Shown: positions 1 through 8,461 of the stretch, piece by piece
Numbering within the stretch: position 1 is the first letter of the stretch
Layout of the letters: every line of letters starts with the position of its first letter
Origin: Candidatus Sigynarchaeum calidifontis
GTDB taxonomy: Archaea; Asgardarchaeota; Lokiarchaeia; Sigyniarchaeales; Sigyniarchaeaceae
Reading direction: 5' to 3'
Assembly (NCBI GenBank): GCA_030587475.2
Contig: JAUQYZ020000009.1
Span: forward strand, 1 to 31,996
DNA length: 31,996 nucleotides
Program-made: the position numbers and the translations under genes
Notes under the pieces: generated by a model
What the model was told of the DNA's origin: nothing
What the model saw: the letters and a program-made list of their open reading frames with translations, nothing else
Database searches by the model: none

Positions 1-8
1 AGAGTCGT

Positions 9-1115
9 TTGTTGCTATATTTCTTCCTTTCGTGGGTCGCGTTCGGTGCTTTTCTTATCACGTCTGACGGGATAGCGACATTAATACAAAATGTATTGCT
101 CTATCAAATCAGCTATGCTTTCATAGCCCCGCTCACCGTGATCTTTTGGTTCGCCTTCGTTGATGAGGCGATGCATGAAGGTCTCGGGATCAAGAAAACT
201 GTTGTTGCATTCGTCGCGTGCACGGTAATGTCAACATTCGTACTTCTCGTTCCTGGACAGTTCGTCGTGGCGGATGGCATTCTCGAGCATGACAGCTTGG
301 TGGTCTACTCGATTCCAAACGAAAACCTCGCTTTCTGCTGGCTCCAGATAGTAAATATTGTGTTTTCACTTAACGGCCTCGCTTACCTGTACTGGGGCGT
401 GAACACGTTCCGGAAGTCTCCGCCTGCGCTTAAAAAACGAGCTCGCAGCTTGCTCTTGTTGTCGATCTTGATGGTCGTTAGCTTGGGTATCCAATTCGTC
501 GCCATTGGCGAGCTCGAGTTCCTCTTGATCATTCAATCGATCTTGATCGTTCTAATCGTCATTGGAACGCTCATCGTCATTAAAAATGAGCCCAGGATCG
601 CGCATTTGTTGCCTTACACGGTTTACAAGCTCATCATCACGAGCAAGAATGGTCCGAAGTATTACACGAAATCTTGGGCCGAATCCGGTATTGATGATGA
701 TATGCTTGCCGGTCTCATGAGTGCAATAGGTACGGTTGTAAAAAATACCATGCAGAAGATCAAGACCGGTGCAATCTCCGAGATCAAGATGTATAAGGGC
801 GTGATGCTAACTGAGATGCGATATTTGCCTGTCAACATCGTCCTCGTGGCATCAAAGGCATCTGGTGCGCTTAAGCAATCCCTCGAGGGATTTAGTGAGG
901 AATTCGTGAAAATATTTTATAATTGCTTGTATGACAAGGACGGATTCGCCATGGAAGTCTTAGACGCTAGCTCCACCTTTACAGAAACGAAGATGGGACC
1001 TTTAATCACCAAGTATTTCAAGAACGTTCCATCTTTCGATGCCGGTGCTAGTGGAAGCGTGTTATCCAGCGTTGCAGCGTCCAGTGTGGGGGATAAAAGC
1101 AATCCATCTCCTTGA
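9..1115 (+). CDS. Multi-pass membrane protein with C-terminal longin/roadblock-like domain (probably 5'-truncated by the window edge)
   Basis: About 6 hydrophobic segments in the first ~190 aa, then a soluble domain YKLIITSKNGPKYY...DDDMLAGLMSAIGTVV...ISEIKM...VLVASK...LKQSLEGFSEEF, which fits the pattern of Asgard longin-like domains. Confidence 0.65.
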   Translation: MLLYFFLSWVAFGAFLITSDGIATLIQNVLLYQISYAFIAPLTVIFWFAFVDEAMHEGLGIKKTVVAFVACTVMSTFVLLVPGQFVVADGILEHDSLVVYSIPNENLAFCWLQIVNIVFSLNGLAYLYWGVNTFRKSPPALKKRARSLLLLSILMVVSLGIQFVAIGELEFLLIIQSILIVLIVIGTLIVIKNEPRIAHLLPYTVYKLIITSKNGPKYYTKSWAESGIDDDMLAGLMSAIGTVVKNTMQKIKTGAISEIKMYKGVMLTEMRYLPVNIVLVASKASGALKQSLEGFSEEFVKIFYNCLYDKDGFAMEVLDASSTFTETKMGPLITKYFKNVPSFDAGASGSVLSSVAASSVGDKSNPSP

Positions 1116-1178
1116 TCTTACATTTCTCTTCTTTCTTTCGTATTAAACCATGCATTTCACCGGTTTAGGGTTCGGGAA

Positions 1179-2318
1179 CTATGAATATTTCGTGGCATTC
1201 ATGAATGCCATGTAAATCGACCAAAATCTAATATTCTTCAGGAGTGCAAATGCTCGCCGTATTCTTCCCTTGTTGAGAAATGGCTCGCTGAGGCGTTCGA
1301 TTGTAATATCGTTCATTTTCTTGAACCGATCGTAGGCTTTCATATACTTTCCCGCGAAATAAGGCGTTTTTTTCCACCAGATCTCAAATCGATTGATTTC
1401 CTCGATTAACCGGGATGTACGATTGGTATCGGTTGCTTTCTCGGCGGCAATCACGAGTTTCCTTGCCAGAACACGTGCAGCCACGAAAGCAACCTTGATT
1501 CCCCCACCCGTGAACGGGTTGGTAAATGCCGCAGCGCAACCGATGAGTATTACATTTCCCTTGGAAAAATTCGGGATTCCACCGATCGCAGCCTGCTTGG
1601 CTTGCATCTCAAAAAACGGCCCATTATATTCGTCGGTTCCCTTAATAAATCCGAGCTTGCCTTTTCCTGAGCCGTAAGGAAATATATACTTGTAACCTCC
1701 ACGATATTTTGCACTATACCAAACGTTCATGATGTGGTCGTCAGCAGCATCGTTTGGAACCAGATATTGCATGACCGTGACGATCAAGGGCTTCTGGAAG
1801 CCCATCAACGTGCGAATTCGTGAGTTCGGACCATCCGCCCCGATGACAACCCGACCGAGGGGGGTAAATCCAGACGCACAAGCCACCCTTGCCAGCCCTC
1901 CTTCCATAATCACCTTCAAGACCTCATCCCAGCAAATGTTCCCCCCAGCACGCGTGTATATATCGATAACATGGCGTAAAAACGCTGGACGATTCAAAAT
2001 ACATTCTTTAGTCCGGCTTTCTACTACTCGTTTTGTGCCCCAATATTCGCGAGCGATGGTCACGTGCGTGGTGATGTCGCTCGCCACAGCTCGGATCGGG
2101 GCGATTTCTTCGAGAAACTCCTCACTCACGCCCTCGCCGCACTTGTGGTGATAGCGGTCATATTCTGCCGGATCAGCATGTTTCTCGATCAGCAAGATTT
2201 TCAGAAGCGATCGCGTGTCAAATAGCTTCAAATAGCATGCTACGGATGCTCCCGCTGGCCCTGCACCAACAATGATGATGTCAAAAATAGGGTCGCGTGC
2301 TGTATTCTGCCCGCTCAT
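1179..2318 (-). CDS. Geranylgeranyl reductase-family FAD-dependent oxidoreductase
   Basis: GAGPAG dinucleotide-binding motif, KCGEGV, GADGPNS, YKYIFP, NPFTGGGI. The ORF-track start at 2348 lies inside the IS inverted repeat, so ATG 2318 is preferred. Confidence 0.8.
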   Translation of the reverse strand: MSGQNTARDPIFDIIIVGAGPAGASVACYLKLFDTRSLLKILLIEKHADPAEYDRYHHKCGEGVSEEFLEEIAPIRAVASDITTHVTIAREYWGTKRVVESRTKECILNRPAFLRHVIDIYTRAGGNICWDEVLKVIMEGGLARVACASGFTPLGRVVIGADGPNSRIRTLMGFQKPLIVTVMQYLVPNDAADDHIMNVWYSAKYRGGYKYIFPYGSGKGKLGFIKGTDEYNGPFFEMQAKQAAIGGIPNFSKGNVILIGCAAAFTNPFTGGGIKVAFVAARVLARKLVIAAEKATDTNRTSRLIEEINRFEIWWKKTPYFAGKYMKAYDRFKKMNDITIERLSEPFLNKGRIRRAFALLKNIRFWSIYMAFMNATKYS

Positions 2319-2334
2319 AATCACGGTTATACGT

Positions 2335-2352
2335 CTTGAGTTTTTCAACTTA
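2335..2352. repeat. IS terminal inverted repeat (downstream of transposase)
   Basis: Exact reverse complement of 3801-3818. Confidence 0.95.
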
Positions 2353-2355
2353 TGC

Positions 2356-3690
2356 TCATTTTGATGATTGAGACTCCACCTTCCACGGATTTTCTGCTGC
2401 CCACTTGTACAAGTGGTGAAATATCCAATCTATCATTTGACAGCCTTGACATTGTTCCTTGAGACTTGAAATATAACTTATTAATCGACCTTGGCAATAT
2501 TGCGTGAATCCTTCCTTGAGTTGGCCTATCGTTCTTGAATCCACGCCATCCACGGTCAAGAACCCGTGTACCTTGGCCCACATCAAGAACAAGTAATAAA
2601 GGAACGTCAAGACAATAAAGCAATACTGTCCATTTAGTTCTCGCCACTTGCATCCATGTAGGTCGAGGTCCTGGTTCATGTCCCGGTATAACGTCTCGAT
2701 CGTCCATCTAAGTGCATAAATCGCCAAGATCGTGGCGGCATCCCAAGCCAGGTTGCTCGCCACGAAAACCCGGAACTTCCGGCCGGCGGCGGTAGTGACC
2801 TTTTCTGCGTCATCGGTTTCATTATGTTCAGGTCTTGGCTTCGTGCAGTCGATGAACACAGCTACATGAAACCCGATCTTCGGGATAAATACCTTCCGCG
2901 TTGCAGTCAAGTATTTCCGAACGACCTTCGTCTTTGGATTGGTCACGACCGTTTCTTTAAACTCTTTCGGGGGAATAGTGTTGAATAAGGCTTCCAGTGA
3001 ATACTTCTTTCGCTCTAAATCGACGTTCCAGTTTCGCTTGGGTCGAGACACGTAATCTCGCTTGAGCTGCTTGAGCACGGTCACGTTTTCCTTTGTCATG
3101 AAGAAACTATCCATGACAACGATGCGAGGCGCGCCGGGCAGTTGGCACACGGCCGCAAACAACGCCCGGGCGATTTCATTTTTCTCCTTGAAAACGGCCT
3201 CGGCACCACGCGCTTGTAACTCTTCGAGACGACGATAGAACGTGAAATCGACCGGATATTCCACACCCTTGCGATAATAGTGGACGGAGATCATCGAGTG
3301 CCCGAGAATGCGCTTCCTTTCGGTCGTCGAATGGAACCAGCTTACGCCTTCCATGCCCTCACTCGAGTGCGGGATGATGTGCTCGTCAAGTACAAGAATC
3401 CCGTCTTCCCGCATTTTCAACGCGGGATCGTCTTGGATGTGCCCGATCGTTTCCCGATATAACCCTGGCATCCCGGGCGCTATCTCATGGATGCCCCGGT
3501 AGAAGCGCGCCTTGCTCTCGCCCGCCACGACCTCGGCTTGAACTCGATTCACCGACGTGCAAGAGCTCAAGATCTTGCCCATGACCAACGCCGTCACGAG
3601 GCGTGCTGGGATTTCCTCGGGATCCCAGGTTCGATTGACGAATTTCCGCAAGAAATCATTAACCAGCTCGTGGGATTCGAGGTATTTCAT
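2356..3690 (-). CDS. DDE transposase (IS701/IS4-like)
   Basis: LVLDEHIIPH (D1), VVMDSFF (D2), YALRWTIETLYRDMNQDLDL (Y-x2-RW-x-IE signature); bounded by the TIRs. Confidence 0.9.
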   Translation of the reverse strand: MKYLESHELVNDFLRKFVNRTWDPEEIPARLVTALVMGKILSSCTSVNRVQAEVVAGESKARFYRGIHEIAPGMPGLYRETIGHIQDDPALKMREDGILVLDEHIIPHSSEGMEGVSWFHSTTERKRILGHSMISVHYYRKGVEYPVDFTFYRRLEELQARGAEAVFKEKNEIARALFAAVCQLPGAPRIVVMDSFFMTKENVTVLKQLKRDYVSRPKRNWNVDLERKKYSLEALFNTIPPKEFKETVVTNPKTKVVRKYLTATRKVFIPKIGFHVAVFIDCTKPRPEHNETDDAEKVTTAAGRKFRVFVASNLAWDAATILAIYALRWTIETLYRDMNQDLDLHGCKWRELNGQYCFIVLTFLYYLFLMWAKVHGFLTVDGVDSRTIGQLKEGFTQYCQGRLISYISSLKEQCQGCQMIDWIFHHLYKWAAENPWKVESQSSK

Positions 3691-3800
3691 GATTCACGCG
3701 AATATTCCACGATCATTCTTATATCCGTTCTCATGGGTTTCTCCGCCGTGTCACGATGCAGAGCTGGCACGAGATGCCATTCTTGTCGTTAAATCAAGGT

Positions 3801-3818
3801 TAAGTTGAAAAACTCAAG
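3801..3818. repeat. IS terminal inverted repeat (upstream of transposase)
   Basis: Exact reverse complement of 2335-2352. Confidence 0.95.
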
Positions 3819-3830
3819 ATACGTAAAAGG

Positions 3831-3838
3831 AATATAAA
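3831..3838 (-). promoter_or_regulatory. Archaeal TATA box, probably the original promoter of the GGR-like gene
   Basis: TTTATATT on the minus strand. In the reconstructed empty site it lies at about -30 to -23 from ATG 2318. Confidence 0.5.
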
Positions 3839-3853
3839 TCCATTATGGCCCGG

Positions 3854-5083
3854 TTATTTGGCTAGTCGCAACCGCTTCAAGAACCGGTACAAGAGCATTG
3901 CGGGATAGTTTGTCCAGTAGGTTTTCATGAAGTTTTTCTCCATGATGTGCTCGAGCGGGTGGCCATCTGGGCCGCCCTCGCACGATTCCACGCCACCAAG
4001 GACGTCGCCGGTTTCCGTGTATGCTCGGGCCCGGCAGCCCCCGCACGTGTTCTTGTACAAGCATCTACCGCATTTCCCCCCGACCTCGCGGTTCCGCAAC
4101 TTTTGCACGAGCGGGTGCGTGTCCCAGATGGTCTTGAGCGCGTGCGGGTCATCGAGCACGTTTCCGAGGTAGATATCGAGAAAATTACACGGGTAAACGT
4201 TCCCCGCGTGATCGATGTTGAAGTAGTTGTTGCCCGCGCTGCAGCCACGGGACATGATGGACATGAACGCGTGTTTTTGCACTTTCCGCCAAGTCTCTTC
4301 CCTAACCGGGTGTGGCATGCAGTCCCACGGGGTAACCGGGTTCCCATAATGCTGAATCTTGTAGTGATCGTACACGCGCAGTTCTTCGGGGGAAAGTTGC
4401 AAATCCTTGTACTCAACAGCTCTTCCGGCGCTAAACATGGGATAGGCATCCTGGAACACGTGGAATCCCCCTTTTTTCTTCAAGAACTTGCCGATTGCCT
4501 CCATCTCGCTCAAGTTCTTCTTGGTCACGACCATACCAGACGTGATGTACATGCCTTTTTTGAGGGCGAGGTCGATCGCGTTCATCGCCCGCTCGTAGGC
4601 ATCGACCTTCGGCGGCCGGAGTTCCCTCACGAGTTCGGGATCGAGCGAGTCCAGGGGAATGTTAAGCGTGAGCGTGAAGTCCTTGTATGCCCGCGTGAAT
4701 TCATCGACCATCTCCTCGGTGAGAAGATAGCCGTTCGTGCCCATTTCGACGTGTTTCAGCGTTTTCTTGAGTTTCTTGAAATCATCGGCAAGGGCAATGA
4801 TGTCGTTAAATCGGAGCGTCGGTTCAGCACCCACGAAGCAAAATATCTCGAAGCGCATCTCACCTATTTGCGGGAGTAAATATTCACGGATCTCGTCGAT
4901 AGTAAGCTCGGGTTGCAAGTGTGCCGGGGTTACACCACGCACGATATCGGATCGAGGTACATCCTTCTCGGCATCCTTGATCCGCTTGGCCTGGTAGCAG
5001 AAAACACAGCGGTAATTGCATTTCTTCGTGAGTTCGAATGACACGAGATGTGGATGAGGGTAATCAAGGACACGGGATTGCAT
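3854..5083 (-). CDS. Radical SAM protein with SPASM domain (AhbC/D-NirJ-PqqE-like)
   Basis: CNYRCVFC (CxxxCxxC), GAEP, TNG; C-terminal CSAG...GNVYPC...CGRCLYKNTCGGCRARAY...C SPASM cysteine pattern. Confidence 0.9.
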   Translation of the reverse strand: MQSRVLDYPHPHLVSFELTKKCNYRCVFCYQAKRIKDAEKDVPRSDIVRGVTPAHLQPELTIDEIREYLLPQIGEMRFEIFCFVGAEPTLRFNDIIALADDFKKLKKTLKHVEMGTNGYLLTEEMVDEFTRAYKDFTLTLNIPLDSLDPELVRELRPPKVDAYERAMNAIDLALKKGMYITSGMVVTKKNLSEMEAIGKFLKKKGGFHVFQDAYPMFSAGRAVEYKDLQLSPEELRVYDHYKIQHYGNPVTPWDCMPHPVREETWRKVQKHAFMSIMSRGCSAGNNYFNIDHAGNVYPCNFLDIYLGNVLDDPHALKTIWDTHPLVQKLRNREVGGKCGRCLYKNTCGGCRARAYTETGDVLGGVESCEGGPDGHPLEHIMEKNFMKTYWTNYPAMLLYRFLKRLRLAK

Positions 5084-5148
5084 GGCATGATCCCTTCACG
5101 CGGCCAGGGTTTAAAAGGAACCGGGTTCCGAATAAAGAAACGGCCTAT

Positions 5149-5961
5149 TCATGTGTCCTTCATCGCCTCGACCTCGAGCCTCTCCATTGGCACGTGAACC
5201 TTTCCCTCGTCATCAAGGGGATGCCGGTCGACGTACCCGCCAACGACAGCATCGACGAACGTGGCTCGCAGCCGGTCTGGGATGCGTTCGATGTACGGGA
5301 GACAGGTGGTGCGGATCCAGCCCGCGAGCCCCTTCGTCCCGTCTTGCACCATGTCTTTGGGTAGAAGCTCCACCCGGATCGGCTTCAAACCTGCATCGAT
5401 GAGCAAGGCCTTGTACTCGTCGGCCCCGTGGAAGGAATACGGGAACGAGAAACCATTGAAGTACACGCTCCACGTTTTGCTCTTGATCACGTCGTTGATC
5501 ACGCTAATGACCGTGCTAGCATTCCCCTTGCCCCCCATCTGCACGAGCATCCTGCCGTTTGGTTTGAGGGAACGGTGGATCCCTCGGAGCAAACCCTGAT
5601 GATCATTGATCCAGTGCAGCGTGGCGTTGGAGAACACGACGTCGAACTCGCCATCGAACTGCATCGACGTGGCATCTTGCAAACGGAACTCCAGGTTCGG
5701 GTACTGCGACGATGTTTGCTCCTTGCGCGCTAACTCGACCATTGCGCGTGACGCGTCGATGCCGAGCACGGAACCTCGCGGCAAGAGTCGCGCGATGGCG
5801 GCCGTGACCTTTCCATCCCCCGATCCGATATCGAGCACCCGCTCGTCGCCGCGCAAGCCCAGCTTGCCGATGAGTTCCCCCGCCCATTGCTGCTGCGCGG
5901 ACGAGTTCGAGCGATAATCTTTCGCGTCCCACGAGTACACGATGGCCACCGAGATGCGCAT
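5149..5961 (-). CDS. Class I SAM-dependent methyltransferase (trans-aconitate methyltransferase-like)
   Basis: VLDIGSGDG motif I, GIDAS, FDVVFSNATLHW, LKPNG. Start uncertain (ATG 5961 or a downstream GTG). Confidence 0.88.
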   Translation of the reverse strand: MRISVAIVYSWDAKDYRSNSSAQQQWAGELIGKLGLRGDERVLDIGSGDGKVTAAIARLLPRGSVLGIDASRAMVELARKEQTSSQYPNLEFRLQDATSMQFDGEFDVVFSNATLHWINDHQGLLRGIHRSLKPNGRMLVQMGGKGNASTVISVINDVIKSKTWSVYFNGFSFPYSFHGADEYKALLIDAGLKPIRVELLPKDMVQDGTKGLAGWIRTTCLPYIERIPDRLRATFVDAVVGGYVDRHPLDDEGKVHVPMERLEVEAMKDT

Positions 5962-6096
5962 GGATGACGTTTCCGGCAATTGAATATTCAATCAATCCAA
6001 CGAGTTAATATTTTAAGCCTTATGTGGATTACATCTACATCCGTTTCCACATCAAGACTAGCAGCTGCTCATGGACAAAGGAGGGCGTCGACAGCC

Positions 6097-7368
6097 GTGC
6101 AAGACGATCAAGAGGGATCGAAAGCCGAGGAAGACATCGAGCAGTTGAAAGCCCGCCTCGAGTCCTTGATCGCCGGCATCTTGAGCGACACGGGGGAAAT
6201 CGCGGAGATCATCAAGAAAATCAGGCACTCGCCCGCTTTCTATCCTGGCATGGTAGAAGATATGCCTGGCATCGAAAAGAAGATGCACGAGTTGAAAAAC
6301 TTGCTTCGCTCGATAGACGGCTTCGGGCGATTTTCATCTTCCCTTCCATTAACGTTGTTTCCGATTCCTCCATCGTCTCAACCAGTTCTTGCTAGTATCG
6401 ATTCATTTTTGCAACCATTCAATCAACACATTGAATTCAAGGGGCCTTACAGCACCTTGAATGAGTTATTCAACCAAGGCTTGAATCTTGGTTCCATCAT
6501 CGAATTCCACTCGAGTTCCATTGCAGGTATGGATGCTTGCACCACTTGCGCCTTTATCATGATCGATGCCTACATGAGATCCGATACGATCGAAACGAAA
6601 AACGTGCGGTTCGTGACAGCGGAGCCGATGCGCTATAGCACATTCTTCAAGCGGCTCGAGCCCGCTATTGGCCAGGAAGCACGGCTCGATTGCATCAAAG
6701 TAACGGCCATCGACACGGATCGGGATGCAAGAGCATTGTTGGAAAACCTTGCTTTCACGCTCGACGTGCCGAAACATGGTCTCGTGATTTTTAACTGCAT
6801 AGACACGATCATCGCGTTAATGGGGTATGATAACATGGCCAGGCGCGACCGGCTCAAGTCCGCCCTGTTCCAAGCACTTCGACAAGTTGCCCATGATAAA
6901 AACGCGATCGTGGTCGTCACCTCTCTTATCCTAGGCAAGCCCAGGCAGTACGAGCGAGAAACCTACGATTACATGGCGAGCGTCGAGCCTCAATCTGTGG
7001 GTTGCATCAAGCTTCGCGTCCTCGGACGCGGGCAAGCCTACATCAACTTACGGGATGACGGCATCTTCGTGAGCAGCGAGCCCGTTTCCTTCGCCCCGGC
7101 ACCCGTGGGTACCTCCATCACCTCATCAGCAAATGCTGACAAGGTGGATGCCGTGGCGATGCACAAGGTCGAAGCATTCAATGAATTGATCCTTTCATTG
7201 CAAGACGCGGCGAATGGTGATCCCGTGGCAATCGAGGTTGTCGTGGACCGTGCAATGTCTCGCAAGATTGTTTCCAATGCCGATGATGCAATGTCAATGT
7301 TGGAGATATTAAAGAAAATGCACTTGCTCGTTATCGTGGAGAATGGCAAGGTCGCCGCGGCACGTTAG
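6097..7368 (+). CDS. Divergent RadA/RecA-fold protein with degenerate Walker motifs, N-terminal coiled coil and C-terminal winged-helix-like domain
   Basis: YSTLNELFNQGLNLGSIIEFHS resembles RadA LDELLGGG..GSITE; LVIFNCID sits at Walker B; ALRQVAHDKNAIVVVTS resembles L..LA......VVVTNQ. GTG 6097 follows AAGGAGG; the frame is open from 5980. Confidence 0.6.
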   Translation: MQDDQEGSKAEEDIEQLKARLESLIAGILSDTGEIAEIIKKIRHSPAFYPGMVEDMPGIEKKMHELKNLLRSIDGFGRFSSSLPLTLFPIPPSSQPVLASIDSFLQPFNQHIEFKGPYSTLNELFNQGLNLGSIIEFHSSSIAGMDACTTCAFIMIDAYMRSDTIETKNVRFVTAEPMRYSTFFKRLEPAIGQEARLDCIKVTAIDTDRDARALLENLAFTLDVPKHGLVIFNCIDTIIALMGYDNMARRDRLKSALFQALRQVAHDKNAIVVVTSLILGKPRQYERETYDYMASVEPQSVGCIKLRVLGRGQAYINLRDDGIFVSSEPVSFAPAPVGTSITSSANADKVDAVAMHKVEAFNELILSLQDAANGDPVAIEVVVDRAMSRKIVSNADDAMSMLEILKKMHLLVIVENGKVAAAR

Positions 7369-7632
7369 ATTCCCTTATTTCTGCTTTCCGGATTCAGCTG
7401 TCTTGTTTTAACCTGCACCTTTGTAGCTGAAATGATGATCATCACTGGAAGGTAATGGGCACGTGTAGACGATTCCGGGACAACGAGATTGGATCTATTT
7501 GTATAAGGCCAGAAAACCGGCCTTTTAGAAGAGAAAATCACGAGCTCGATTCCGGATGTACAAGGATTGGATTTATATTGAAAAGCTCGATAAGATAGAA
7601 AGACTTTTTAATCACCACGTGTAATCTCATCT

Positions 7633-8268
7633 ATGGCAATCATAACAAAGGATGCAAGAGATACTTCCCAGCCTGAAGTTATCCCTGTCTTGAAAAGTAA
7701 AAGGGAACATTATTTCTCGACGTTCGATCTCGTAATCATCGCCTTGCTCGCCGCGCTTGGTAACATCATTTCAGCAAGCCTTGACTATTTCAAGTTCGTG
7801 TTTCCAAAGGCAGGTCCTCCATTCTTCCAATTATTCAGCGGGTATCATCTCATCTGGATGATCCTCGCGTTCGGTATCACGAAAAAGCATGGCTCCCCGA
7901 CGTTCGTCGCTGCCATAAAAGGCATCTTCGAGTTTATGTCATGGGATGCATTTTTCGGGCCATGGGTAATCGTCTTGAATATCGTCGAAGGAGTGGGTAT
8001 CGACGTCGGATTCATGTTTTCCAGGAAACTCCGATCGGACCGCGTCCGGTGCTTGATCGCCGGGATCCTGGGGAATCTCTTCCAGCCGCTCGTTTCATAT
8101 AGCATCGTGTTTTATTACATCGGGAGGCCATTCCCCGATCCCACGATCCTCCTCATAGCGATGGGTTTCTCGGTGACGTCTGGCGCCGTGATCGCCGGCT
8201 TGCTTGGACACCAACTGTTACAAGTCTTGCGACGTAAAGACGTGCAGACCTACATGGCTTCTGCTTGA
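7633..8268 (+). CDS. ECF transporter substrate-binding (S) component
   Basis: About 6 TM helices in 211 aa, FSTFDLVIIALLAAL start, KKHGSP, EG.GID.GF, SGAVIAGLLG. Confidence 0.75.
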   Translation: MAIITKDARDTSQPEVIPVLKSKREHYFSTFDLVIIALLAALGNIISASLDYFKFVFPKAGPPFFQLFSGYHLIWMILAFGITKKHGSPTFVAAIKGIFEFMSWDAFFGPWVIVLNIVEGVGIDVGFMFSRKLRSDRVRCLIAGILGNLFQPLVSYSIVFYYIGRPFPDPTILLIAMGFSVTSGAVIAGLLGHQLLQVLRRKDVQTYMASA

Positions 8269-8461
8269 GCATCAACCGGGTTGCAATCAGTACATTTCTT
8301 CTATGTATTTTCTATTCCATATTCATCGGTGCTCGCTTCTCAACTATTCGCAATGTAGCTTGCCAAGCTTGCTATTCAGGCGTGAGTTCTTCACGTGAAT
8401 GCCGACCGGATGGAATTTCATGACCAAGCATACCGTTGAAAGTCGATGATGCACGATTTTT

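Larger units (their letters stand above)
2335..3818 (-). mobile_element. Intact insertion sequence, IS701/IS4-like DDE element (~1.48 kb)
   Basis: Perfect 18-bp TIRs cttgagtttttcaactta (2335-2352) and taagttgaaaaactcaag (3801-3818), flanked by direct repeat atacgt (2329-2334 and 3819-3824). An equivalent reading is 19-bp TIR plus 4-bp TSD tacg. One transposase ORF inside. Confidence 0.93.

Noticed and set aside
2319-2348. N-terminal extension MKNSRRITVI of the GGR-like ORF
   Set aside because: It starts inside the IS inverted repeat and so results from the insertion.
7369-7632. Possible cobalamin/TPP riboswitch or C/D-box RNA upstream of the ECF gene (cactggaagg, atgatga, short inverted repeats)
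   Set aside because: Only fragments of the consensus are present, and a TATA-like box close to the ATG suggests a leaderless transcript.
8269-8461. Possible pseudogene remnant between convergent genes
   Set aside because: Translations contain stops and no recognisable motif.
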